43,094 nucleotides of DNA from positions 1-43,094 of IMG/VR virus record IMGVR_UViG_3300019487_000051; one strand, 5' to 3'. The DNA is from a virus. Below are positions 15,601-23,893 of the stretch, piece after piece. The translations under genes were made by a program, and so were the position numbers. Under the pieces are notes generated by a model, which searched no databases, was not told the DNA's origin, and saw only the letters and a program-made list of their open reading frames with translations. Each line of letters opens with the position of its first letter. Within the stretch, counting starts at the first letter, position 1.

Positions 15601-18010
15601 GCGATTCCCTACTAGTCTGCGCAGCGGCTAGCTGAGCTTTCTGTTGTTCAGTGAGGTTGTACCCTTCAACTGTTATGGTCTGACTATACGCTCGAGATTC
15701 CTCCGGCGAAACCCCAAACACCTGCGGGACTGGTTTAGGTACTTCCGGCTCCACTACATGAGTCCACTCCGGCAAGCCTGTTCGGATTGCTTGCTCGAGC
15801 TGTTTTAAAGTCGCCTGCATTGCAGTGGTCTGACTCTTCGGAATCAACCCTTGTTCGAACTGTTGCTTCAACATCTCATAGCGTTGAACAATCCCTGGTT
15901 TGGCGTTCTTAAACCTCTCCATCGTATCACGGTATTTGACATCCAAATCCTCTCCCGGAGCGACAGAGAAATTCGCGTTCAAGCCCTTGATTTTATACTG
16001 CTCCAGCCCGAGCATATTACCTTGATAAACCACATCAGGATAACCCTCTGGACTCTGTCCGATCTCCAACGGGAGCTGGATCTCTCCAACTGTACTCGTC
16101 CCGGCAACTACCTCAGCAGACAACAACGGCGGAGGTTCTCCCTTCGCCTTCTCCATCTGCTGTATCTCCTGCAGCTGTTCGGGAGTGAATCCCGCTTCCT
16201 GCATCGAAACCTCTGTCGGTCTTACAACCTCCTGCGCGACTTGCACCTGCTTCATTCCATGCTCGAACCCTTCACGAGTGAGTTCCCATCCACCTTCAAC
16301 GGTTTCGGCAAGCCCTCTCTCTAAAGCCTCGCCTGCTGGTATACCAAGAGTAGCTTCCACTCCCTCAGCGGTTGTAATCATCCTTGGGTTTTTGCGTCTC
16401 TCCAACCCGGGATGTTTCTCCAACAACACCGCTCGTTCTTCCGGTGAAGTTCGATAGTCTTGAAATTTCTTCTGTATATCCTCAGGTGCTACTGCAACAG
16501 TCGGAACGGTCTCTACTGCGCCTGCGCCTGCGGCAGCTGCTTCCGCTCTCACCTCCGTTGTCTGAGGCTTCTCGCCTTTAATCACCTGTACAGCACTCGG
16601 CTGTAACACAACCTGTGTACCTTCCGCTCGAGCATCCAGTCCCAACGCTCTTAACCTCTCCTCCGCAATCTGAGCCTCCCTCTCATTCCTAGCATCCAAC
16701 GTTGTTACCGCTTCCGGTTGGAACAACTTCCCCAACGCTCCGTAATATCTTGTCAACGCTCCACTCGATCCTTCAATATGTGCTACCACCTGACCGGAGT
16801 CGATAACCTGTTTAACAAACAAATCAACAGCCTCGCCTTGTGCTCCATACGGCATCAGTATCTGCTGACCGTTAGCGAGGTACAACTTCGTCCCGCCGTT
16901 CATCCTCGCGACCGAGCGGTCCACTACCGTCATCGCCTCTGGAGCGGTTCGTAAATTTCCCAAACTATTCTCATACTCCTGCCAAAGCTGCACCCTCTCA
17001 TCCGGCGTCATCTTCTGCAACACTTCAACAAGTTGCCGATTCTGCTTCGCCGAGTTTCCACTCGACCAAGCCCCTTCAATCCGTGCAGCGGGATCGGGAG
17101 TTACATCTCTCGTCGTTTTCGGTGCGTTCCTCCACTTCAACCAGTTCAAAAACGGGGCACTAGCTTTATCAGCTGCTCCTTGAGCCAGACGCTCAAGAGT
17201 GCCAAGAGTAGCACCAGCAACAAGACCATGCACACCTTCAGAAAGCTTTTGCCCTGGTTCGGCGACCATGCTGTTGTACGCTCCGAGATGCACTGCTCCT
17301 TGAACTGCTGAGGTAACGTAGCTCGGTTTGACACTGATAACATCTCCGATTTTTTCGACACTGTATGACCCCCATCTCGGCACAACCGCTCCGATCATTT
17401 TGAACGCCGGAGCGCTACCGATAATATCCCCAACGAGATGAACAGCTGGCTCCTCTATCCCCGGCACGGTCTCTCTTGCATACCGTTGCTGAGCTTTCAT
17501 CTGTCGAGCGGATAACGCATCACTCAACGAGGTAGTCATCTCCGCGACGTTTCTCCCGGCTTTCAAATACCTCTCTCGATCCTTCTCACTCACCAAACCA
17601 GCAATACTCGATGTCAACGCCGTAGCAGGAACGTTTAACGCTCCCACCGTTGCTAACGCGGTCTTGCCAACCTGCGTCGCACCTTCCATAAACAACTCCG
17701 CACCCTTGCTGTATTTCTGCGGCCGAGCAGTGCGTTGCATAAACTCCGAGAAGTACGGCATAGCCTGCTCCGGTGAACCGATTTGCGGAGCGACGTGGTC
17801 TTTGAAATACTGCGCTTGCGCGTCTTGATAAACACTCATCGGGTCGTCGTCTCTCAACCCGATTTTGAACTTAAACTGGTTCCAGGTGAACGGATGAGCG
17901 ATGTCATACGCTTTAGCTTGCTCTGAAGCTTGTACGTCTTCCGGTTCTGGAGCTTTCTCAAACCCCGGGAAGCCCGCCCCTCCATACCGTTCTATAGTCT
18001 CCTCTGGCAT
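12626..18010 (-). CDS. Giant (1794 aa) virion/ejection-type polyvalent protein with HEXXH metallopeptidase motif
   Basis: Uninterrupted 5.4-kb ORF at the distal end of the structural operon. MVHEIGHLLHS is encoded at 15194-15208 (about residues 935-939). No other motif recognised. Confidence 0.55.
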   Translation of the reverse strand: MPEETIERYGGAGFPGFEKAPEPEDVQASEQAKAYDIAHPFTWNQFKFKIGLRDDDPMSVYQDAQAQYFKDHVAPQIGSPEQAMPYFSEFMQRTARPQKYSKGAELFMEGATQVGKTALATVGALNVPATALTSSIAGLVSEKDRERYLKAGRNVAEMTTSLSDALSARQMKAQQRYARETVPGIEEPAVHLVGDIIGSAPAFKMIGAVVPRWGSYSVEKIGDVISVKPSYVTSAVQGAVHLGAYNSMVAEPGQKLSEGVHGLVAGATLGTLERLAQGAADKASAPFLNWLKWRNAPKTTRDVTPDPAARIEGAWSSGNSAKQNRQLVEVLQKMTPDERVQLWQEYENSLGNLRTAPEAMTVVDRSVARMNGGTKLYLANGQQILMPYGAQGEAVDLFVKQVIDSGQVVAHIEGSSGALTRYYGALGKLFQPEAVTTLDARNEREAQIAEERLRALGLDARAEGTQVVLQPSAVQVIKGEKPQTTEVRAEAAAAGAGAVETVPTVAVAPEDIQKKFQDYRTSPEERAVLLEKHPGLERRKNPRMITTAEGVEATLGIPAGEALERGLAETVEGGWELTREGFEHGMKQVQVAQEVVRPTEVSMQEAGFTPEQLQEIQQMEKAKGEPPPLLSAEVVAGTSTVGEIQLPLEIGQSPEGYPDVVYQGNMLGLEQYKIKGLNANFSVAPGEDLDVKYRDTMERFKNAKPGIVQRYEMLKQQFEQGLIPKSQTTAMQATLKQLEQAIRTGLPEWTHVVEPEVPKPVPQVFGVSPEESRAYSQTITVEGYNLTEQQKAQLAAAQTSRESQMRGLEAYGTSMESERRERLETAKEFLSPQQQHMVELTENGMRVHSAALIPEFEAMAVEGAGPEGEDLVKQAMASFETGSVKRVSLPGGLVVTYARGAKLPASIAGLHHATIPGALEQIAVGDYEPAETMVHEIGHLLHSQLPMLQRDVHAANAAVLPGDVDTFSRLLETTGPTGEPLREAWNGMVTSLMEKYPDLYAKPNEANEEILVRLWTAFKRAETKVGQREIVELVRLDKDLSHVLELARETGRWAFNRVTKGTSIDPISFSATQSYFDKWAQSYLAGVKARTDPSWSLQRYGEMILDTPLVRVGPDGRWMTINVDGEFLVYNTFRDIARVFDVGMGDVVFYPELTSALERELKIQGWEQPNALPEGPAGPPRSGVIGPSFMAKRGEGLSRREFLTGKKQTEKVDVGLTPVTAYVRNSRDWFNSVQQQTSLPVFDNIYLPFDSGQMQLERFLSNEYKGLYEMLGTTTPEKRIAYRAWLQAKGTDAKAEVSHKNSFTREDLDNVAKLRERYDQLFKTFNIGDSAPFLEDYAPRMEQAEFMRQAGNRAKANEADPFMQQSLPREVDFFAKHERVKDEAAEASRETDAVLQLMQYTRIGAREKFLGPVWDNAKTTWRSLPAELKEPVAKYMQHMYGEPDFVYQSLTNWMDKYLSKIPGFDKMGLSQDSVRKFVLLQYSSSLGFRPALAVRDGMQSFLTAYPHLGERWFGHGFGKALTGDGWRLAEKYAATIPDNVAPVPEGGDLADIPGMLQRSLYFTHVGNNFGRVVTFNGSFDRAKLAIAQLRKDKNLDNFLQDSGAEILQEGMAKNATLKALDSTVPIEEAAGLLSRYIVEATQWPIRKGNAPQLIRSQMGRVLGMYGQWPEQFIEYMIRGATRGSITHRVAWIGRWFAVNEAMQLFFQSMGADVSRWIWTSPAEYNGSVWTSTMQDLMRVSGEGVEASMARHRLVQLPFQFVPGYQQMRSIYRALDSDNPLLSLLGFRPVKPEKF

Positions 18011-18018
18011 GAGCGTGT

Positions 18019-19536
18019 CTACCTCGCTAGTCTGTCAAGAACTTCCTTCGCTTTTTTCTGATCAGCCGGCGTACCTGGTTGCTGAGGTTGAACCCCTACT
18101 GGTGGAGTCCTCAACCCAAACACATCGATGTAATCCCAAACGGTTTTCTGATCTACTGGGGTCATGCCCATGTCTCTCATGACTTTTTTGATCAGCTCGG
18201 TCTTGGCTTGCTTACTCACCACGCTCTCGCTCTTTAGCATCTGAGCGATGGCGTCGATGTTCGGAACTCTCCGTCGGAGCAAATCATACTCCGCCATGGT
18301 TTTGCTAATATCCGCGGCTTTGCCAGCTAGATACATTGGCATGGTGACCTTCTTCCCTTCAACCGTCAACTCCGCTTTCTCGCCGATATCCCAAGCACCT
18401 TTCTGTTGCTCGATCTGCTTAATCCCAAGCTCCGCGGCTTTCAACTGAGCAAGCATGTTCTGACTTCCCGGAGGTAACCACTCCGGTTGAACCTCAAACC
18501 CTTTCGCAGCAGCGGTAGCCACCCCAACTGCCTGATCCGGACGCATGTTCGGAAAGGCCTCTTTTAACCAGTCAATCACCCTTCCTTGGGTCTGTCGTTG
18601 CTCCGAGCTCAACGTCCGATCAATCGCCTTCTGCGTATCCGTCGTCAATGGAACGTTCGGATCAACTAAACTCACCGCGAGGTTGTCGGCAGCTTCCTTC
18701 ACCAGACCGAGATCCTTAATCCCCTGCATGCGCATGTTGGCCATAAACTGCAGCCCTTTCTGAGACTGTTCCATCCGAGCGACTGCCATTGTTGACGCAG
18801 CTCGTTGCTGCGCCTCCGCAAGGCCGCCAACTACGGTCATAGCTGTCTGACCAAGTCTACCCGCGATCTCGGGGTTAGCTAACGCTACCCTCGCCATTTG
18901 TGGAGGCAAACCGATCATCTGAGCCCATTCTGGTCCGGTTGCAGCTTCCGGAGGAACATTCGCTTGCATTTGCGCCTGCGCCTGCGCCTGCAACGGCATC
19001 AGATCAGCCAAACTTGGACCGGCTTGAGGAGCAGTAGACACATTCTGCACTTGTTGCGCTTGCGCTTGCGCTTGCGGAATAACCCCCATCTGCTGCGCGG
19101 CTTGCGGAGCTGTTCCCGCGTTATCTCGGAGGAAATTCCTCGTCGCCTCCTCACTCAACTGCGCGGAGCTTTTAGGAGGACCGTATCCTCCTTCGATAAG
19201 ATTCTTCGGTAGCTTGACATTCATCGTCTTTTCTACAGCCGCCCGATTTTGTGGGTCTTCGAGCAACTGGCCAAGATCATACCCTAGCTTGTGGAGATTA
19301 AACACATTCTGCGCTCGGGTTTGTAATTCTTGGTGCTTGTTCACCTGTCTACCAATCCAAGCGTTCATCACACCACCGAGTAAGTCAGCCGCGACGTGTC
19401 CTCCGCCGTAACCTCCAAACCCCGGAGTGACTTGCTGGTACGGTTGAAATGGATACCCTGCTACCTGATTCATCGCGGGCATACTCGCCGCTGCTCTTGC
19501 CTGTTCCAACCACGGATCGTCGTTACCGTAAGGCAT
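18019..19536 (-). CDS. Ala/Gln-rich low-complexity virion (internal/ejection-type) protein
   Basis: 505 aa with AQAQAQ tracts encoded by (tgcgcc)n and (ttgcgc)n hexamer repeats near 18965-19080. Lies between the tail genes and the giant protein. Confidence 0.4.
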   Translation of the reverse strand: MPYGNDDPWLEQARAAASMPAMNQVAGYPFQPYQQVTPGFGGYGGGHVAADLLGGVMNAWIGRQVNKHQELQTRAQNVFNLHKLGYDLGQLLEDPQNRAAVEKTMNVKLPKNLIEGGYGPPKSSAQLSEEATRNFLRDNAGTAPQAAQQMGVIPQAQAQAQQVQNVSTAPQAGPSLADLMPLQAQAQAQMQANVPPEAATGPEWAQMIGLPPQMARVALANPEIAGRLGQTAMTVVGGLAEAQQRAASTMAVARMEQSQKGLQFMANMRMQGIKDLGLVKEAADNLAVSLVDPNVPLTTDTQKAIDRTLSSEQRQTQGRVIDWLKEAFPNMRPDQAVGVATAAAKGFEVQPEWLPPGSQNMLAQLKAAELGIKQIEQQKGAWDIGEKAELTVEGKKVTMPMYLAGKAADISKTMAEYDLLRRRVPNIDAIAQMLKSESVVSKQAKTELIKKVMRDMGMTPVDQKTVWDYIDVFGLRTPPVGVQPQQPGTPADQKKAKEVLDRLAR

Positions 19537-19545
19537 GTTAGTCTC

Positions 19546-20832
19546 CTATTGTCCGGGAAATTCGTAATACGGAAGGTTTGGAGCTCCAGGACCTCCACCC
19601 ATAGCCCAAGGATCGAAGCCTGAGTAGGGTACGCCTCCACCACCGCCTCCACCACCGCCAAACCAATTCCCCCACGGAAGCTGGCTGGCTATACTTGCTC
19701 CGGTTTGAATGACATTCTGCCACGGACTAGGTTGGGGAGGTAACCCCGTCGTTCTCGGATACAACTGACTCGCTTGGTTGATATACTGCAGATATGGATT
19801 CGCCCAGGGCTGACTCATCGCCCAGTTTGCTTGTTCTCTACCAAGGCCTGCCTGTTCCAACCCAGTCAAATACTGCCCGAGTTGCATCTGTTGGTTAAAC
19901 CCTAACGGTCCGAGCATTTGCTGGCGTAGAGCGATATCCGCTCCGGTTTGAGCTTTAGAAATGTCCAACCCCCATCCTTGCATCATCGCTCTCGCCCGAT
20001 CGATATCTCTCGCTTCCTGTCCGGCTTGTAACTGCCCAGCCCCAAGCAAACCTTGTAACTGCTGTCCATACCCAGCACGATAGAGTTCGGGTACTTGTAA
20101 CAATGTCTGACTTGCCCCAAGTTGCCTTCCGGCAGCTGCTTCGCCCGCTTGCCTCGTCATCTCAGCGAGAAGAGCGTTTTGGTCCTTTGCTGCCTGACCG
20201 TAGTAGTCTGTAAGCGCCTGACCGTAGCTAGAGCTAAAACGTCCTCCCGGACCAGCAGTTTTCTCTCCAACCTGTGCTCCCCTCTGTGCGATGTTTCTCT
20301 CCTGTGCTGCAACCATCGCGTTCCAAGAATCCATCTGGTTAATCGGCAGTCCGGTCTGAGCGATGTTGGTTAGAAAGCCTTGAGGGTTCTGGATCGATTG
20401 TCTCCAATCCTGTCCCGCTCCAGTGTTTGCTGCGTTGACAATATCCCCACGTAGTCCTTGGAAAGCAGACGAGCCCCCTTCCGGTAGCATCTCACGAACG
20501 AATTGACCGGCGCCTACACCCGGCTGCTGCATGAATCGGTTTGCCACTCCACTGGTGTCTAACTGTGGCTGGCCCGTCCAACTTTGCAGTCCCACCCCAG
20601 CTTGTCCGATATATGGGCTGACATTCGCGTTCAACTGCCCGGGGTAGGGCGACACTCCCTGACCTATTTGTCCTCCGAGATAATTCCCCCATTGTTGCTG
20701 GAGCTGAGGATAAACCGGAGGAACGAGCATGTTGCTTTGCTGGCTTCGCCCTCCTCGACCGAGCAGAGAACTACCGACACCAGCTCCTCCAAGAATCCCA
20801 GCTGCGATAATGCTACTTGTTGCAACCGGCAT
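19546..20832 (-). CDS. Gln/Gly-rich low-complexity virion protein with C-terminal poly-Gly
   Basis: 428 aa, repeated GQ/QQ motifs, GGGGGGGG run encoded near 19630-19660. Confidence 0.4.
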   Translation of the reverse strand: MPVATSSIIAAGILGGAGVGSSLLGRGGRSQQSNMLVPPVYPQLQQQWGNYLGGQIGQGVSPYPGQLNANVSPYIGQAGVGLQSWTGQPQLDTSGVANRFMQQPGVGAGQFVREMLPEGGSSAFQGLRGDIVNAANTGAGQDWRQSIQNPQGFLTNIAQTGLPINQMDSWNAMVAAQERNIAQRGAQVGEKTAGPGGRFSSSYGQALTDYYGQAAKDQNALLAEMTRQAGEAAAGRQLGASQTLLQVPELYRAGYGQQLQGLLGAGQLQAGQEARDIDRARAMMQGWGLDISKAQTGADIALRQQMLGPLGFNQQMQLGQYLTGLEQAGLGREQANWAMSQPWANPYLQYINQASQLYPRTTGLPPQPSPWQNVIQTGASIASQLPWGNWFGGGGGGGGGVPYSGFDPWAMGGGPGAPNLPYYEFPGQ

Positions 20833-20833
20833 G

Positions 20834-21316
20834 TTAAACCTCCTTAATATACCACGTCTCTAGAGGTTGATACCCTCTTCGAAGATACAACTCTTCAACT
20901 CCCGCTGGGCTGGATTTCAACAACGCCAAGATAGTAGCCTGGCAAGCAACGTCTCTTGCCCAACGTTCGAATTCTACGATCAAAATCTCTCCCGCTCCAG
21001 ATCTACGAAAATCTGGGTGAACGAACCAAAACATTTCTTGCGCTTGTACTCTACCACTCGCGCTTTCAGGAAACCTCACTCCTCCAATCGCTGCAATGAC
21101 AAGCCCATCTTCCTCGAGAAGGAAAATCACTCCTATGTTGTTGTTGATAAACATCGCCCAGGTGCCGCTAAAGCTTTCTGGGTTAAACTTTCCCGGCAAC
21201 CCAGCTTCGGTGTAAAACATCTCACCGAGAGGTAACAACCGTTCGAGGTCTGCCACTCTCGCTTGTCTGATAACCCTGACCTTTTGCCCCGTTTGTTCTT
21301 TCACTTGTACGTTCAT
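20834..21316 (-). CDS. GNAT family N-acetyltransferase
   Basis: FWFVHPDFRRSGAGEILIVEFERWARD (acetyl-CoA binding R/QxxGxG/A motif). ATG 21316 overlaps the upstream stop (ATGA), so the ORF-track start at 21364 is unlikely. Confidence 0.6.
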   Translation of the reverse strand: MNVQVKEQTGQKVRVIRQARVADLERLLPLGEMFYTEAGLPGKFNPESFSGTWAMFINNNIGVIFLLEEDGLVIAAIGGVRFPESASGRVQAQEMFWFVHPDFRRSGAGEILIVEFERWARDVACQATILALLKSSPAGVEELYLRRGYQPLETWYIKEV

Positions 21317-21981
21317 TTTGTTGGTGTACTCCTTGTTTGCAGATACTCTACAGGACTGTCCCAATCCTGCATCTCGATGTAGCTTTTCAAATTCCGATTC
21401 CGGACCATCTCCAACGGGCTGAGGATGTTTTTGAGAACGTTGTTCGCTGCGTCGTAGTCGAGATGTTCACACAAGCCTCTCCATACCGCATGCCATTCCA
21501 TCACCTCGATCCACTCCGCGGGAAGCAACACCGTTGTGTTTTCCAACGAGGTTACGTCAGGATAAACCCATCCGAAAAGCTTTAACCGGTAGGTGTTCAG
21601 ATTCGGTATTGGATCGAGGAAGAATTTATCATTCCACCTGGCATACCGCACCGGCACTTGTGCGATGTTGAAATTCGCTTTGATAATCTCCCGGAAGCTA
21701 GTTTTCTTCAACCGTCTAGTTAACGGGGTGCCGTTTGAGTTCACGATTAAAGAGTCTTCCAGCGCCAGCGCCAGAACCGCTCGAATCCCATCCGGGAGAG
21801 GATACTCCCTCTGTCCAGCGACTGTTAACTGCGTGGCGTATCGTTGGAGCTCGACGAAAGGATACCTCGCTGCGATGTCTAGATAAGCCTGGATCAACCA
21901 ATTCACCGCGCTAGTTGTGATATCGGTATCCGCTCGGTTCATCCGTTTGATAACTGTCTGGACGCTATCGTTGATAATCAT
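21313..21981 (-). CDS. Virion structural protein (adaptor/tail-proximal), function unassigned
   Basis: 222-aa ORF coupled on both sides within the tail block. Confidence 0.35.
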   Translation of the reverse strand: MIINDSVQTVIKRMNRADTDITTSAVNWLIQAYLDIAARYPFVELQRYATQLTVAGQREYPLPDGIRAVLALALEDSLIVNSNGTPLTRRLKKTSFREIIKANFNIAQVPVRYARWNDKFFLDPIPNLNTYRLKLFGWVYPDVTSLENTTVLLPAEWIEVMEWHAVWRGLCEHLDYDAANNVLKNILSPLEMVRNRNLKSYIEMQDWDSPVEYLQTRSTPTK

Positions 21982-22352
21982 ATCACAAAAATCCTCAAAG
22001 CAACAGTCGCCGCACTAGCTTTCAAAGTCATCTGCGTGGTCGTCCAAGCAATCGTTCCGGTGTATATAACCGCAGCTTTGTCAACGGAGATAACGATGAA
22101 CCCTACCGGTACACGACCGAGATTATGATCAACGGTAAAGTCTGTATTAGCTACAGCGGGGGAGATGGTGTTTACCCACCTACCCTGTAGGTTGTCAACA
22201 TCCGTACCGTTACCAAAACTAACTTGACCGTTGAGCACGGAAGTGATAGCTTCGACATATTTCTTAACCGAGCCCTGAAACCGGTCGAATATACTCTTGT
22301 AATCCTGATTCTTCCCGGTGCGAGATAGATCTAACTGTATCGGGATTCTCAT
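21978..22352 (-). CDS. Virion structural protein, function unassigned
   Basis: 124-aa ORF with overlapping start/stop junctions on both sides. Confidence 0.35.
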   Translation of the reverse strand: MRIPIQLDLSRTGKNQDYKSIFDRFQGSVKKYVEAITSVLNGQVSFGNGTDVDNLQGRWVNTISPAVANTDFTVDHNLGRVPVGFIVISVDKAAVIYTGTIAWTTTQMTLKASAATVALRIFVI

Positions 22353-23893
22353 GCTTGTCGAGATAGCAACGGTCCACGCTGGAAGTAATTATGCACGATC
22401 TCCTGAATCGCGATCGGAAAGTTCCCGGTCAGTTCCCACTTTATCCTGTTCCCGGATAAGGTAAAATCGAATATCTTGTTTCTTACCCGTCCAGAGCCAT
22501 TTAACCCGAAAGAGCCGGAGAGCGTTTGAGTCTGACCAAACTCGTTCGTCAACGTTAACGTTGCTGTTCCAACACCAAAGTCTCTGTAGACGAATTGCAA
22601 ACGCTTGACAGTTTTGTTCCATCCTACACCCCCGTAGTCGAATTCCTTACTCGGACCGACTAACCAAGTATCAGCGATCGGCAAGCTGTAATCAATCTCC
22701 CCGATGTTGCCGTTGGAAAATCCAAGCGTTAGGTTGTCTACGCTTATCTGGACTCCGGTGAGGTTGATAACCCAGTTTTGTTGTGCGATCGTACCGACCA
22801 AGTCAATAATCCGCACACCATGCAAACTTTTAAACCTGCCGATGGAGGTAACTTTCTTTCCCGTGAAGTATTGTCTTGTCCAACTCTGCGTGTTGAAATC
22901 GAAAACCCACACAGCACCGTTGGGCATGGCGAGCCAGTAAGTGAGAAAATCTCTTCCGGCGGTAGCATCGGGAATGCCTCCTACAACAAGATCGAGATTA
23001 CCTTGCAGAACGTCGTATAGGATAGCCTTCCGGGCTTTGTTACCGATGCGCTGATGGATTTGAGTGTCGAACATGTAGATGTCATCTCGTCCGACAAAGC
23101 AGCAGATATTCCCCCAAGTCGCCAGGCTGTACGGGCAGATGTTCCCGACACCTTCTTTACTGTAGTTCTCAAACGTGAACGGGTTCAACGCGTCGAACGT
23201 CCGAGCGCCGAGGATAATCCGTTCAGGGAAGAACGCTGACAGTCTGTTACCTACAACCGTCAAACCGGTCAACGGATCGGTGCCTTCGAGTAAATCGACA
23301 AAACCGCTTCCGAAACCCGTCCAGTCCGTAGGATCGCCGTCTGCCGGCCATCGAATACGTTGAGGGAATGGCACACCGCCTTCAACGGTGAAACCTGTCA
23401 TAACACGGTTGCCGAAAGTAGTAATATACCTCGCTATCGGAGCAGTTGCATCGAGATCGGTAAACGCTGCAGCTAACCCATCCCAGTTCTTAATCTTATC
23501 CACACCGTTAGCAAACAAAATCCGACCTTGCAAAGACGTTCCGGTGTAGAGGTTAAGATCCGTCGCAGTTAACGTCCCGGTTAGCTGGGTCCAGTTTGTT
23601 CCGATAAACCCATACGCTTTCGTGCGAGTCGCTACGAGAAAGTGTCGATCCCCATCGATGTCATAACCATCTACCTGCCCGTTGATGGCTTGGTCACTAA
23701 TCGCGGTGAACGCCGGTTCCGGACGAGTACGCAAATCCCGTTCGTTCGATAGAAAGTTCGCGATATCCTGAAAGTCGTTATCCTCAATCCGCCATTCAGG
23801 CACTTCGCGGTTAATCCCACCGAACGGTGCGGCCTGCACGAGTTGTTGTAACCTTGCTTGTCTGGGAGGCATTATTGCCACCATTGAACCCAT
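22349..23893 (-). CDS. Large tail structural protein (tube/nozzle or baseplate-like)
   Basis: 514-aa ORF in the tail block. The call is positional only. Confidence 0.35.
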   Translation of the reverse strand: MGSMVAIMPPRQARLQQLVQAAPFGGINREVPEWRIEDNDFQDIANFLSNERDLRTRPEPAFTAISDQAINGQVDGYDIDGDRHFLVATRTKAYGFIGTNWTQLTGTLTATDLNLYTGTSLQGRILFANGVDKIKNWDGLAAAFTDLDATAPIARYITTFGNRVMTGFTVEGGVPFPQRIRWPADGDPTDWTGFGSGFVDLLEGTDPLTGLTVVGNRLSAFFPERIILGARTFDALNPFTFENYSKEGVGNICPYSLATWGNICCFVGRDDIYMFDTQIHQRIGNKARKAILYDVLQGNLDLVVGGIPDATAGRDFLTYWLAMPNGAVWVFDFNTQSWTRQYFTGKKVTSIGRFKSLHGVRIIDLVGTIAQQNWVINLTGVQISVDNLTLGFSNGNIGEIDYSLPIADTWLVGPSKEFDYGGVGWNKTVKRLQFVYRDFGVGTATLTLTNEFGQTQTLSGSFGLNGSGRVRNKIFDFTLSGNRIKWELTGNFPIAIQEIVHNYFQRGPLLSRQA

